A stretch of DNA of 64,000 nt from Salpingoeca rosetta (taxonomy: Eukaryota > Protista > Choanoflagellata). The stretch lies in NCBI GenBank assembly GCA_033442325.1, contig JAWQFM010000003.1, positions 2,023,490 to 2,087,489 of the forward strand, in the 5' to 3' direction. The position numbers were made by a program, and so were the translations under genes. Below, in pieces: positions 48,705 to 62,750 of this stretch. Each line of letters begins with the position of its first letter. The stretch's first letter is position 1. The notes under the pieces were generated by a model that was not told where the DNA came from, made no database searches, and worked only from the letters and a program-made list of their open reading frames with translations.

Positions 48705-50288
48705 CACCAACACCTCTGCTTGCTTTTTCGTTAATGGCACACATAAATTTCCTCTTCAGTGTGCACTTCATGCACGTGGAAGCAGATTCAAGCAAGCAAA
48801 GCAAGTCAGCAAGGAGAACAACAAGCTGACGATCATGTTGACCTAAGCAACCGCCACCCATGCCACCCTTCACCCCCTGTGCCGGCTCCCACCAAGCCTT
48901 GACGTACTGAGCTTCTGTTCGCGACAATGTGACGAACTACGTGTGCAACCAGCGAGCACAACCACGACCATTGGCGAGTCAAGATCAAAAGGAACAAGGT
49001 CAGTGTGCATCAGAAATGATAATCTTGTCTTCTCCCTCGTTCTGCTTCACCCCCTCCCCCTGCTGCATTCTGCATGTTCTCTTTCTTGTTTTCCTCTGCG
49101 TCTCTTTCCACGCCTACGCGGTGCCCCCCATCCTATTCGTCCTTTTCTCCCCCTTCCCCACTTTCCCCTCGTTGCCCCTCGTTGCCACTCTACCTTCGCT
49201 CTGTCGTTTTCAATCCCCTCCACCACCGTCGCCACCACCTCGTTTCGTCGCTTGTGTGTTTCGTGTTTCTTTGTGTTCTCCTCCACTCTTCTGCTCAATC
49301 CACGCCAGGCCTGCTTCCTTGCTTTTCGGTATCACCACGAACTGTGGGGCAGTGTGCTTGGCAACATCGAGAAGCTGCGCTTTGCCAATTTTGCTTGCGC
49401 AGCTTCGTGTGGGTTTGCGTCACGGCAACCGTTGCTTCCTGCCCAGTTTGGCGGGAGCGGCGTGTGGCTGAGGGGGTGAAGTGAATGCGTGTGCCTTTCC
49501 TTCGAAGGAGGCATGACACATTGCATCTCGCTTTCTCTGTCCCCTTTCCACATCTTTAATCGTGTCGCAGATTCACGCACACGCGCCAGTTTACATTCTG
49601 ACTTCTCTTGTTCATCATCCACACGTTTCTTTCTCTTGAGTGCGTCACCCACTGTTCCCTTGTCTCCATTTGTCGCACACACACACACACTCACACGCAC
49701 ACACACTCACACTCGCACACACACGCACACACTCACGCACACAATCTTGCAGACTCGGCAAGGCATCGAACAGGCCTGCTAGTGCTTTGCTTTCCTTGCT
49801 TGCTTTGCTTGCTCTGTGCTTGTTGCTTGTTTCGTTTGCTCCACCAACCAACTTCCTTGTTGCCTTGTTCATTGCGTTACGGGCACGAGCACCACGGTTT
49901 ACCTTGTGCGGCTCCTATGCCAACTCGGCAACCCTGACCCAACGCTGCACCCGCACAACGCCACCGTACGCGATGCGCGCACGCCTTCGCGTCGTGATTG
50001 CGTCCTAGCCGCTAGTCGAATGTTCATTAAACATTTCCACGCATTTTCGCACGTGAACCCTTTCGCACAGCCAACCAAAACCAAACACCAAAAGGCACAA
50101 AGCCCGCACACGAACAAAAAGCAGCGCAGCAGTCCTTGTTTGGCTTTGTTGTGCTCTTTGGCGTGGATGAGTTGAATGACGACGCGAGCGAGCCAACCAA
50201 CCACACAAGAGCCTGCGTCTGCTTATCGCCCACCCTCTGCTGCTGGCAATCTAGGGCTTGCTGGCCAGAGACGGTGAAGAGCATCACC

Positions 50289-53200
50289 ATGGCCAAGTCA
50301 ACAACAGCTACTACAACAGCTACTACAACAGCTACAACAACAGCTACAACACGACGGGCGACAACAGCCGTTGTTGCGCTGTGGATGTGGGTGTTGTTGC
50401 TCCTCGCAACTTTTCCCACCAGAACAACGCCGCTTGTGCGCGCAGATGACGATGACCACCAAGGTGGAAGCGGAAACGTCCCATGGTCGGAGACAAGGAA
50501 AACCCGCTTCATCGTCATCTCATCTTGCCCACAGGCAGAGAACCGCGTCATCCCAGCAGGCTTCTTCGACACGAGCAAGGACCTGCGCGTCACCATCATA
50601 GCTTCGTGCTCAGTCGTTTTGAATGGCACGGGCGGGTGGTCAGACTTGGAGATTGAAGTCGAGGCCGGGGCAGTTGTGCCTTTGCTTAGCTTCCCAGACC
50701 TGCAGCGTGTTGATGACATCTATGTGTCTGTGGATGGCGTGCTTGACAAACTCTCCATGCCTTCCATCCACACCATTGATGAGTTCAAGATTGAAACGAC
50801 CAAAGGCAGCAACGTCTCTGTCGTTCTTGGTCACCCATCCACACACAGGTCTGTGCGCATGTTTGTGTGTGTGTGTGCGTGTGTGTGTTTGTGTATGTGT
50901 GTTTGTGTTTGTGTATGTGTGTATGTGTGTTTGCACCCGTATTTGTGCGCATGAGTTTGTGTTTGTGTTTGCACACGTATTTGTGCGCATGAGTTTGTGT
51001 TTGTGCTTGCACCCGTATTTGTGTTTGCACACGTATTTGTGTGCGTGCGTGTGCGTGCGGCTCTGCCAAGTTCCATCTGTCCTGTGCCCCTGTGTTTCCT
51101 TGCATGAGTCCTTGTGCTGACCCTGTAACCCACGCATCCCCTTCCCTCGGGCCCCACCCAACCGCTTTCTGCGTCTTCCTCGCCTGCATCATTTCACCAC
51201 GCAGCGTGCACGCACTGGATCAAGTGGACGTGCAAACCCGAGGGTTTGTGGGCGTGTCCATCTATGGGCGGTGCCTCACCGTGCGTGAGGTGGACGTCTC
51301 GCGGGATTGGGCAGATGCCACAGGCCGCATCAGACTCTTCAACGTGGTGCGTGCGTGCGGGTGCGTGCAGGTGTGCGTGCATGTATGCGCATGTGTGCGC
51401 GCGCGCGTGTGTGCGTGCTTTGTGCACGCGCGTGTGTGTGTGTGTGTTGGACCGTGTTCACATGTTCGGTGTGAGATTGTGTCCTGCTGCCACCCCACGC
51501 CCACAAAACTATCTTGTGCCCACTTTTGGTTGATCGTCTGCTGCTCCTTGTCACATGTTCTTGTTTCTGTGTGTTCTTACGTCTGCGTGTTCTGCATTGG
51601 TTTGCGCACATTAGTCGGGCGTCACAACGTTTAGTGCCGTGCCACCGTTCCTTGATTGGCTCTCTCTCTTCTGGAACAACGTCAACGTCGCCACCCTCCC
51701 TGTTGCCAACAGCACATGCCACATGCATACAACACCCATGATGAGCACAACCAACATGACAACCACCCCCTCCACCGCAACTACGAGTACAACTGCATCT
51801 GCAACGCCGACGACTCCATCAGCCTCTGCTCTCCCTGCCATCAACACCACCACCACAAGTGAGAAAACCCCGCGTGCTCCCTGTGGTGTCAGTGCGCTTG
51901 CGTATCTATCTTGTATCCTGTGATCTATCTTCTGTCCTGTGACTGATCTATCCTGTGTCTTGATGCACCGAGACATATGCGCGTTGAAGTGCATCGGCAT
52001 GTCTCCTTGTACACCCCGGTCCCCATGAGCTGCCCTCAAGCATCATAGCTTTGTTGACCTTGCTTCGAATCTCACCTCCCCATACACAACGCCACACCTG
52101 CTTGCTCTGTGCTAGTGAACACGACGACAACAACGACAACGACAGCAGCACCACATCCAAACGGCCCGCCGTTGAACAGCCAGCAGATTGCGGCCGTTGC
52201 GGCCACATCAGCCATCTTCATCGTGGTTCTTGTTGCCGTGATTGTGTTTACGCTGCTCGCCAAACGCGCCAAGCTGGACCCGTCTCTCGTTCTTCGCGAG
52301 GACCTCGACCCATTTGACGAGCCTGCATTCGTGAGTGTTTGAGACGTGGTTGTGGATGTGGTTGTGGTTGTGGTTGTGGTTGTGGTTATGTGATTGGTGC
52401 GTACCTGCGCGTGTTGCTGGTCTGTCGCACCTCCCTGCTTTGTTGCACCTTAGCCATGCAGTCTAACTCTGTGCGTGTTACTGCGTACGTGCTCGCAGCC
52501 ACAGCGCCACGCAGAGGAGAGTCTCATCCACAACCCAGTGTATGACGACGAGCCCATGCCCGCGCACGGCAGCGCCGACGACGAAGGAGAAATGACCATC
52601 CAGAAGTTTATTCACCGAGCAGCCATCCTCGTAAGATTGAATGTGGCCATTGTGAATGTCATGATTGTTTCCGCAGCTGCAACGAAGCAGCCTGGCCTCG
52701 TACACGTACCGCGCGTTTGCACATTGCGCAACTTGGTTGCATGCACACACGTACACACAAACACACACGCACACACGCACACACATACACACGCACACAC
52801 ACACACACACACACACACGTGTACACACACGTACACACACACGTACACATGTACACACTCTGTCACTTACTCACTCACTCACACTCACTCATTCCCCCTC
52901 CCCACTCCCCCCTTACACACACACCCCGCAACCAACACCATGGCAGGGGGATGTTGACGCGCTTGACAAGTTCCGTGCGGAGTTGGTGCAGCACCAGCTG
53001 TCGTCGGGGTCTGGTTCGTCGCTGTCGCCCGGGTCGTCGTCGTCAGCGCAGGCCACGCCGTCCCCACCTGCTCACGACGCCTCCTCGCCGTTCTTCGCAT
53101 CCACGCAGCAGCAGCACCAGCAGCACGATCATGAACAACAGCAACGTGAACAACAGCAAGGACAGCAGTCATTGCAGCAGCAGCTGTTGGGTGAGACTGC

Positions 53201-55113
53201 ACCATCGCCTGCCCCGCTTGCGCACGGCGACAGTGGTGTTGACGGCGTTCTCGCTGGCGAGGACTACACGGCGATTGGAGAGTGGATGCATATGAGCGAG
53301 CTCCCGTTTGAGGACGACGACGTGCACGCCTCTGGCCCATCAAGCGCATCCACACCAGATGCACAACAGCCTCAGCAACAACCACAGCAGCAGCAACAGC
53401 AGCAGCAACAACAACACGAGCAAGAGCAAAGTCAACAGCAACAGCAGCAACAGCAGCCTCATCCGAAACTCGACTTGAGGTGAGTCCGGAGCCACCCAAT
53501 GTTCGCGAACACACGCGCACGAAGGAAGGACACATGCTCTCATCCAACACACACACACACATTCACAAACACACACACATTCACAAACACACACATTCAC
53601 ACACACATTCACACACACATATTCACACACATATTCACACACACACACCCATTCACACGCCCATTCACAAACACAACAACCAACCACATCTTAATCGTGC
53701 TCCTCGCGTGTGCAGGATACTGAATTCGACAGATGACACGGGCAACACAGCGCTGTCGTGGGCAGTGGTGAGCAACCAGTCCCGCAGCGTGCAGTGGCTG
53801 ATTGACTCTGGCGGCGCCGACTGCAACGTCCAGAACAAGGCCGGCCATACCCCGCTCGCCCTCGCGTGTCTCCACGACACCAGCATCACAAGTGCGTGGC
53901 GATGTGTGTGTGTGTGTGTTGTGTTGTGTGTTGTGTGTTGTGTGTTTGAAGAGAGTGGCTGTGACGTTTCGCAGAACTATTGCTATGTGCTGCTATGCTT
54001 TTCATTTCGACCTCACCACTTTGCACACACACACGCTCTCTCTCTCTCTCACACACACACACAACAGTCATTGAGTTGCTGTTGAAGGCCGGTGCATCAC
54101 CAAACCTGGCTGACAACGAGGTGCGTCACGCGCGAATCACCTGCGCTTTTGTGACTTGTGTACATGCGTGCATGGTTTCCCGTTACTGTACACGTGTACA
54201 TGTGCTGCCGTTCTCTCAGCCTGTCATCATTGCGCTCTGCAACACACAAATTCTGGGCATTGTGTCAGCACCGTTCCCCCTCCCCCCTCACCAATTTGCC
54301 TGCGTGTCCTTGTTCACGGCCACAACGTCACGCCAGGGCTGCACACCGCTGCACTTTGCGTCGCGGCACGATGATGCTGCTGCCGCCATCACGCTCCTTG
54401 CCAACGGCGCCCACGTCAATGCCGCCGACAACGAAGGCCTCTGCCCGCTCATGGTCGCCTGCTCGCTGGTGCGTCCCTGCCTGCAATTCATTGCAATGCC
54501 GTGTTGGCTGCACATGCTCGCCGTGTTACACGTGCAGTGTCTTGATCGAGATGGCGGCTCGCACACCCCAAGCATGTGTTCCCGTATTTTTGCCAACTGT
54601 CGCTCACACCATGTGTTCGCCAAACACCACCACCATCACCACCACCACCACCACCACCACCACCACCACCACCACCACTGCCGCTGCCTTTGTTGCTGTT
54701 CAGGGCCGGGCGGCGACGGTGAGCGTTCTACTCGCCAATCGCTCCATCAACATCGAGAGCAAAGACAACAGAGGTCACACAGCTCTCCACTGGGCGGTCA
54801 GTTGTGCGCACACATCGTGCGCTCGCGCGCGCTGCTGTGGTTGTGATTGCAGTTGTATGCACGTGTGTTTGCGTGTGTGTGTGCGTGTGCGTGTGCTTGG
54901 ACAGCTCTTCTGCGCCCATGGCATATCTCGGATCCAAACGAGCAACTCACCAAGCGGCGCAATCTTGATTCCTGCCAATGTCCCCATCACCACAACCACC
55001 ACCACCACACCAGGCGCGGATGAATGAGGTTGAGGCGCTTCGGCTGCTGACGATGAAGGACGCGGATTTGCTCGCCGTCAACAACAAGAACGAGACGGCG
55101 CTCCACCTCGCTA
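50289..55113 (+). CDS. Type I membrane receptor: signal peptide, L-domain/LRR-like ectodomain, S/T stalk, TM, NPxY, ankyrin repeats; 3' end apparently truncated
   Basis: Signal [13 protein letters not shown]; [14 protein letters not shown]...[14 protein letters not shown]; Thr-rich stalk; [31 protein letters not shown]; IHNPVY; six clear ankyrin repeats ([48 protein letters not shown]). Confidence 0.75.
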
Positions 55114-55174
55114 TCACATATACAGACACACAGACACCCGCACACACACACACATATACAGACACACAGACACC

Positions 55175-55262
<88 letters not shown>

Positions 55263-55277
55263 CACACCCTACCCTAC

Positions 55278-55640
55278 CAGCGCCTTGATGCCGTAGATGG
55301 AGACGGTAAGGACGGCCTTTACATCCTTCAATCCTTCATCCAAGTGAGCAGAAAAGTCCTCTTCCTCTGGGTCCGTGCTTGTGGCTTGGTTGTGACCTGC
55401 TTCGGGCCCCATTTCATCATCATCATCATCATCGTCGCCACCGTGCCCGTTCTCATCGCCGTTGCCTTGTGTCTGCCTGCTTCGTTCTTGGTTCAACGTC
55501 GTCACAACATGGTAGCAGGCGTCCACACCCGCATAAGCGGTTGCAGGCAACGACATCGTTCCAACATACACCACAGGAAACGACTCAATGCTCTTCACCC
55601 CCTTGCCTTGTTTCCCACCACCGCCACACGTGTTGCCCAT
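55278..55640 (-). CDS. First exon of N-myristoylated PTB/PID-domain adaptor; downstream exons not found
   Basis: MGNTC start. FPVVYVGTMSL...GVDACYHVVTTL...VKAVLTVSIYGIKAL is the PTB beta1-alpha-beta2-beta3 pattern with an acidic insert. GT donor at 55277 followed by a (GT)n intron. Confidence 0.65.
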
Positions 55641-55851
55641 GGCTGTTGTGTGTTGATGTTGGTGTTGGTGCTGTTGTGGTCGCTGTTGTGTTGTTGTTGG
55701 TGTTGTTGTTGTGGTTGTTGGTTGGCTGCCGTCACGAAAGAATATTAACGGTCAGGCCAACAAATCTTCATAACATGGAACGACTGACTTCAGTATTACC
55801 GTGTCCGCGCCAAACAGCAAACCGCACAACACAACACCACACGCACACGCT

Positions 55852-56619
55852 ATGAGCAGCGGCAGCAGTAGCGACGATGAACGTGACCTCACAGTGTCGC
55901 TGAACAAGCACAAGGCTGCTCATGACGACAGCAGCAGCGACGAAGACGAGGTTGACGATGACATTGCTGCCTTGTTGAGAGACGACGACGATGACGGCCG
56001 CGCTGACAAGGAAAACAGTGATGATGATGGTGATGACGATGACCTTCTGCCCACGGGGCTCCTTCCAAGGTACAATCAGTGGTCGGCCTAAACGTGTGCG
56101 TGTGGTTGTGCATGTGCGTGTGGTTGTGGGTGTGCGTGTGGGTGTACGTGCGTGTGGTTGTGCGTGTGCGTGCGTGTGGTTGTACGTGCATGTGGTTGTG
56201 CATGTGCGTGCGTGTGTGTGTGTGCGCGCGTGTGTGTATGCGTGTACGTGTGTGTGCGTGTGTGCTTTGTGTGTGCCTCGGTGTTTGACTTACTTGGTAC
56301 AGCCGACTGACTCCATTTTATCCACCTTTTGGTCATCAGCACTGAAACGGCCCAGCAGGGGGCAAGTGGCAAGGAGGATGTTGAAGATGCGGCGAATGAG
56401 GACGAAGAGGAACAGGGTACGAACGACGATGACCAGCAGCAGCAGCCGACACAAGACACGTCAGACTCCGACATCAGCAGCACCCACTCATCACCGAGGT
56501 AACGAACCGTGTGTGTGATTGTGCGTTTGGCTGTATGGGTGTATGCTCCAGCAGAGAGCAACCACCCTCTGCTGGGAATCAGGTCATTGCTCCTGTCCTG
56601 TCTGTACTCTCAAATACCC

Positions 56620-56692
<73 letters not shown>

Positions 56693-57693
56693 AGGAAGCG
56701 GCCGTCGGCGCGGCGTCGGGCGGTCCACCGGCAGCAAATGGCGAAACTGCGGCGGCAAATCGAGGCAGCACGGCGGTCATCGTCGCGCCCGAGTCGCAAC
56801 AGCAGTTCATCTTCGCTGCTGTCACTGCTCAAGAATCACACGTACTCAGAACAGCTTAGGGCTGAGCGCGAACAGTTCGACAAGCGCTTCGAGGTGCATG
56901 CGTGTGTGTGTGTGTGTTTGTGAGCGATGCCTGATCGACACGTGAGGCAATGCGACCGAGGGGAAAGTGGGTGGTGTTTTATTGCTTCCTGCACTGCCGT
57001 CTTTGTGCCCTCTTTCTCTGTTTGCTCCCCCCGTTGATGCCTTCATCGTCCACTGTAACATCCCCTCCCGCTTGTGTGTGCACAACAGGAGCTGCTCAAG
57101 CAAGATGCAGACAAACAATCACGAGAAGCAGCAACGGGAACGAACACGTACGCTGACAGCGAAGCCAGCGAGCTCATCAGCACTGACCTCCTCAAAGCGG
57201 TACGCGCGCATGTGCGCTGCGATGTCACGTGTGTGTGTGTGCGTGTGTGTGTGATGCATGTGTGTGTGTGATGCATGTGTGAGTGTGATGCATGTGATGT
57301 GTTGTTGTGTATTTTCGACCATTTTGGGGTTGATTGGTTCTTGCGACACGCTGGCTGCTCTTTCCCCCTTTACCCCACCACTTCACACCACTTCACACCC
57401 CTTCACACCGCCGACTAGCTGGATTGCATCGACACTCCCAACGACCATCCCGGCTTCCCCGTGTTCTTCACCGCGCAACCGCCACACACGCGCAGCCACC
57501 ACGCAACCCCGCCAACGCCAGACAACCACGACTGGTGTGTATGGCTGTGTATGAGAGAGAGAGAGAGTGTGTGTGTGCGTGCGTGTGTGTGCATGCGTGT
57601 GTGTGTGCATGCGTGTGTGAGCATGCGTGTACACGTGAACTGAAAACCTTTCTCAGAGGAAAATTTGCGATTGCCGCCCTCGAAACAACAGAG

Positions 57694-57774
<81 letters not shown>

Positions 57775-58332
57775 CTCTCGGCTGTGCAGGATCTGCGAGG
57801 CAGTTCGAGGAGAGACGGTGAAGGTGGAGTGGCAGGCGACAATCAGCGATGACACGACTGCGCCACATTATGGCAGCCACCACGCGCACACGTACGACAG
57901 CACATACCCGGGCGCAACATCCCAGGATGACGATGATGACGATGATGATGATGGTAGTGGTGGTGGCCGTGTCAGCGGGAACATGGACGAGGGCCTGCAA
58001 GGCGACGGCGATTTGAGTGGACAGACGAGTGAGCAGAAGAATGGTGGCGACAGGAGGAGAACAAGTACAGCGATGGCCGAGGGGGCGTGGCCAGACATCC
58101 GATACAGCCTGTCACCATTGGTGACGTCGCTGGTGACAGAGCACGTCATGACTGCGCACTACTTGCATCATGTCATGCCCAAGGATTTGGCGGCGTGGCT
58201 CTTTGCTGTGTTGCCTCGTGCATGTGACAGCGTTTCCACAGGCATTGCACGCACTCTCACTACCCTCATGCACCAGCACTCTGAGGAGGTGTGTGTGTGT
58301 GTGTTGGGCGGAGGCATCTGTGTGTGCGTGTA

Positions 58333-58399
<67 letters not shown>

Positions 58400-61227
58400 G
58401 TATGTGTATGTGTATGTGTATGTGCATGTGTATGTGTATGTGTATGTGTATGTGCATGTGTATGTGTGCACGCGTGTATGTGTATGTGTATGATCAATGG
58501 GAGTTGCGCGAATCATCGAATGTATGCACTGTTGCCCTCACATCCAAGATACCACCACCACCACCGCCACCACCGCCAGTCGTCGCTCGGGTGCATCTGG
58601 CGGCCGGGTCCGCTCGACATTGCGCAGGCGCTGGCGAGCGTCGGCGTTGATGTCGATGATGTATCTGCCGTTGTCACACCGTCACCGTCGCAGCGCTCAC
58701 AGCGAACAACGCTGTCGTCCCTGTCACCGCCATCACCACCACCATCCGCACCGTCCTCGTCATCATCGACGTTGTCGCCGTCAGCGAAAGGGAAGGGCGC
58801 AAGAGAACAGCCCTCATGTCTTGCGCTCGCACCACCTCCAACACGCACGCGTTCGCTTCCATTCCAGCGCATGCACAACGTAAGTGCAGCTTTGATTGTG
58901 CTGCGAACTCGTGTGTGTATGTGTGTGTGTTTGTGTATGTGTGTGTGTTTGTGCGTGTGTGTGTGTGTGTATGTGTGTGTGTGTGTGCGTGTGTGTGATC
59001 GTGATCGCACGCAACCGTGTCTGAACCACCGTCCAACACGTGACATGCAGCACTCACACCCAACGTGTCATTGCCAATGTGTTTTGGCAAAACAGCACAC
59101 TCACAAGCGCACGTTGTTGCCACAGCTGTTCTCCTTCAACTCTCACCCAATGCATGCGTCCTCATGGTTCACGTTGTGTCGCTCACCTCCACTTGATGGT
59201 GATGGCATGTTTCTGTCACACGTGCAGGTGCTCTCTGTGTTGTCCTCATCCTTCACTGCTGGTCTGCATTCCGCGTTCGCCACGCAATATACGCAAGCAA
59301 AGGTGGTTGCGCTTGTGTGCATGTGCGTGTGCGCGTGTGCGCGCGTGTGTGTGCGTGCGTGCGTATGTGTGTGTGTGTGTGCGTGAATAACTATAACTAT
59401 GCATGTACACGTGTGCTCAACAATTGCAATTGCCCACCTCCCTTGCGCATTTGTGTGCGTGCATGCGCGCATGCTTGCTTGTAACTGCATACCCTCTCCG
59501 GTCTCACGAGCCGCGTGTGTGTTATTTCTGGCATCATCACAGCGGCTTGCGTATGTGCTGTGCTTGATGACACTGGACAAGCGTGTCCTGGCACTCCTTC
59601 CACCTCTCTCAACATGCATTTCATCATTCCTCGAAGCCCTGCCCAAACCTTTTGCCGAACGCATTGTGAGTGTGAGCGTTGTGATCTGTGTGTATGCGTG
59701 TGTGTATATTTATGTGTATGTGTATGTGTATGTGTATGTGTGTGTGTGTATATTTGCTCTCTCTCTGTGAATGTGCATTGTGTGTGTGCGTGTGTGTGCA
59801 TGTGCTCTCTCTCTCCCTGTGAATGCGTTGTGTGTGTGCGTGTGTGTGCATGTGCTCTCTCTCTCCCTGTGAATGCGTTGTGTGTGTGTATGAACTGGCA
59901 GCACCGCTGCGCCTCTCCCGTCGCTCCATCCTCGCCCCTCATCCTCGCCCCTCATCCTCGCCCCTCATCCTCGCCCCTCATCCTCATCCATCACCATTGT
60001 CACCATGACCTTGATCCAATGTCTGCAGGTTGGTGACCTCGCTCGCCGTATCGCCACAACGTGGAACCACCACAACATCCGCTTCTTCCTCACTCTTCTT
60101 CCTCCAACACCCGTCTGCAGGTTGGCTCGTTGTCCGTGCTTCGTGTGTGCTTGTAATGTGTGCGTGTGTGTGTTCGTGTGTGTGTTCGTGTGTGTGTGTG
60201 TCGTGTGTGTAGCATGCGTAGTGTATGCTGCGTGTTGTGTGACCTTGTGTATAGAATGTTCTTCTGTTGTTTGTTCGCTCTTTGTGGCCCTTGCAGGTGC
60301 AATTGCTCATGTACTTGTTGCGGTACCAACCCCACATGTGCGTGTGTGTTTTGCAGGAGCTTGAAACTTACGCTGGCGAGCAATACAACCACACATGTTG
60401 TCAACTGCGTGAGCAAAACTGCACCAGCGGAACTGTTGCATGCAGCGCCCATCCCCGACTTTGAGGCAATTGTGCGTTGCAACACGCACAAGAAGGCGCT
60501 GGTTGTATGTGCGTGCGTGTATGTGCGTGATTTGTGTGTGCTTATGTGTGCGTGTATGTGCGTGTATGTGTATGTGTATGCGTGTGTGTGTATGTGTGTA
60601 TTTTAGTGTGTATGCGTGTGCGCACGTGTATTAGTGTATGCGTCAAGTCTGTGAGCGTGTTGAGCCGTCGCCCTCTGTGTCTGGCTTTCTGCACCCCTCC
60701 TCTTGCCCCTTCGCTTTCTCCCCGAGCGCGCATCTGTCTCGATGCATATGCAAGCCCAACCTCCAAACACGAAAGCAGCAGCAGCAGCAGCAGCGCCAGC
60801 TCACCTGTCCACACCGCTCCATCCCCCTTGTGTTTGTTTTCCGTCCACAGTTACAGCAGGCCAGTGCAGACGTACAGCGTGTGGTCATTAGCGACAAGTC
60901 AAACTTCAACCTTCTCATCACCGTCATGGCGTGTGTGGACGTGTGCATCTCAAACATGAAGGCCGTAGCACAACAGCGCCAGCACCTGCACAGCATACGC
61001 CGCCGCCTCAATGCCGCCGGGCGCGTGAATGAGCATCAAGGGCGGTACCTGGACAGGGCCAAGTTCAAGTGGGCCGCGCTGTGGCTCGGGCGCAAGATTG
61101 AGACGATGACGCGTGTCAGATCAAATCTCACCCAGATCAGGGTGGACGAGTTTGTGCAGCGAGGTGGAGGCAGCGATGACGACGATGATGATGATAGTGG
61201 TGGTGATGGTGGTGATGGTGGTGATGG

Positions 61228-61289
<62 letters not shown>

Positions 61290-61566
61290 GTGATGGTGGT
61301 GGTGGTGGTGGACAAGGAGGCGAGCGCCATGATCACGCCAGTCGCTGCGGGGATGGGAGCGATGGAAGCAAAGACATGCCAGAGGGTAAGCCGACAGAGA
61401 ACAACTCGGAAGCAGCCGCGGAACAAAAGGGGTCGCATGGGGAGGAGGGGCGGGAAGCGTGTGCCGAGATGGGCGGAGGAGGCGAACAGATGACGGTACG
61501 GCCACACATCGCGGACAAAACAGCGGATGGCGAACAACCCGCCAAGGAACCAGTCGCACCACATCG

Positions 61567-61624
<58 letters not shown>

Positions 61625-61858
61625 GTGGGGAACAGCCTCCAAGCAAATACACGGTCTGCCAAGCGCTCGCCTTCAAAAACATCCCCGAGCCAGGCCGGCA
61701 AGCGGAAACAGCAAAAGCGGAAGCAAGGAGCGAAAGACAGCCAACGCCCGCTCACACACTACCTGTCCAACAACAGCCACAGCAGCGGTCAGCCCAGCGC
61801 CAAAGCTGCCAAGCTTAATGCTGGGGGTGAGGACGAGAAAAAGTGTTCTCTGTCGTAG
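55852..61858 (+). CDS. SLF2/FAM178 (Nse6-like, SMC5/6 loader) family protein, putative
   Basis: Acidic N-terminus. [30 protein letters not shown]|SLKLTLA and [15 protein letters not shown]...TQIRVDEF recall the FAM178/CANIN domain pattern. Poly-D and poly-Q tail. Stop at 61856-61858. Confidence 0.55.
58328..58492 (+). repeat. (GTGTAT)n hexamer repeat, intronic
   Basis: Directly visible. Confidence 0.9.
59755..59985 (+). repeat. Intronic minisatellites: ~50-bp unit x2-3, then 13-bp (atcctcgcccctc) x4
   Basis: Directly visible tandem units. Confidence 0.8.
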
Positions 61859-62548
61859 ATGACAGATGTTGCCTTCTGGTTTCGTGTTGTAGGTGGGTTG
61901 GTTGGATGACCTGACATGACATTGCATTGTTACACGAGCACTGAGTGAGTGAGTGAGTGTGTGTGTGTGTGTGAGTGCGCGCGCGTGTGTGTGTGTTTGT
62001 GGTTGCCCCTCGTGTTCTTCTTGGTGTTGCATCCAACTCTTGTTGCATTCAATTTTGTTGATGCGTTTGGGCCATTGTGTATTGGTAGTTGGTGTGTACA
62101 TGCGAGCACAAGCGACACTCACACGCGCGTGCGTGTGTGCGCGAATGAATACAGCATGTTCTTGTCCATCCATCACGTACAAGCATTGGGAAATACTTGC
62201 ACACGAAACGAGACTACAGCCGCCGCCCAACCCACGTAGACCAAAGACACGGACACAATCAACAAGGACAAGGTGACACGTTGCGAAGGGGTACTCGCTC
62301 AAAACCTCTCCTTTCCCCATCACCAGCACACCAAACCATTCATCGTGAGGCAACCAATGAGTGGATGGATGGATGGGTGGATGGATGGGTGAGAGAGAGG
62401 AGGGCGGGTGCCGACGCGTGCTGGCGAACATCGCCATTACAACACAAAACACACACACACATGGATAGGGGCACAGAGTTGAAAAGTATCAAAATGCGGG
62501 AACGAGCAAGGATGCGACCGTTCACAAGCAAGAGACCAGGAACAATGT

Positions 62549-62616
<68 letters not shown>

Positions 62617-62750
62617 GCAAGACGCAGACGCGGACACACACACACACACACACACACAGACACACACACACACACAGACACAGACACAGACACAGACACA
62701 GACACACAGACACAGACACAAAGACACACAGCATCACCACCACCACGCGA

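Noticed and set aside
48929-49479. Intergenic ORFs of about 180 aa
   Set aside because: Pyrimidine-rich low-complexity sequence with no recognisable domain.
55113-55748. Read-through of the ankyrin ORF to the stop at 55748
   Set aside because: It crosses a microsatellite and is antisense to the PTB exon. The hydrophobic runs are just complements of poly-Asp codons and simple repeats.
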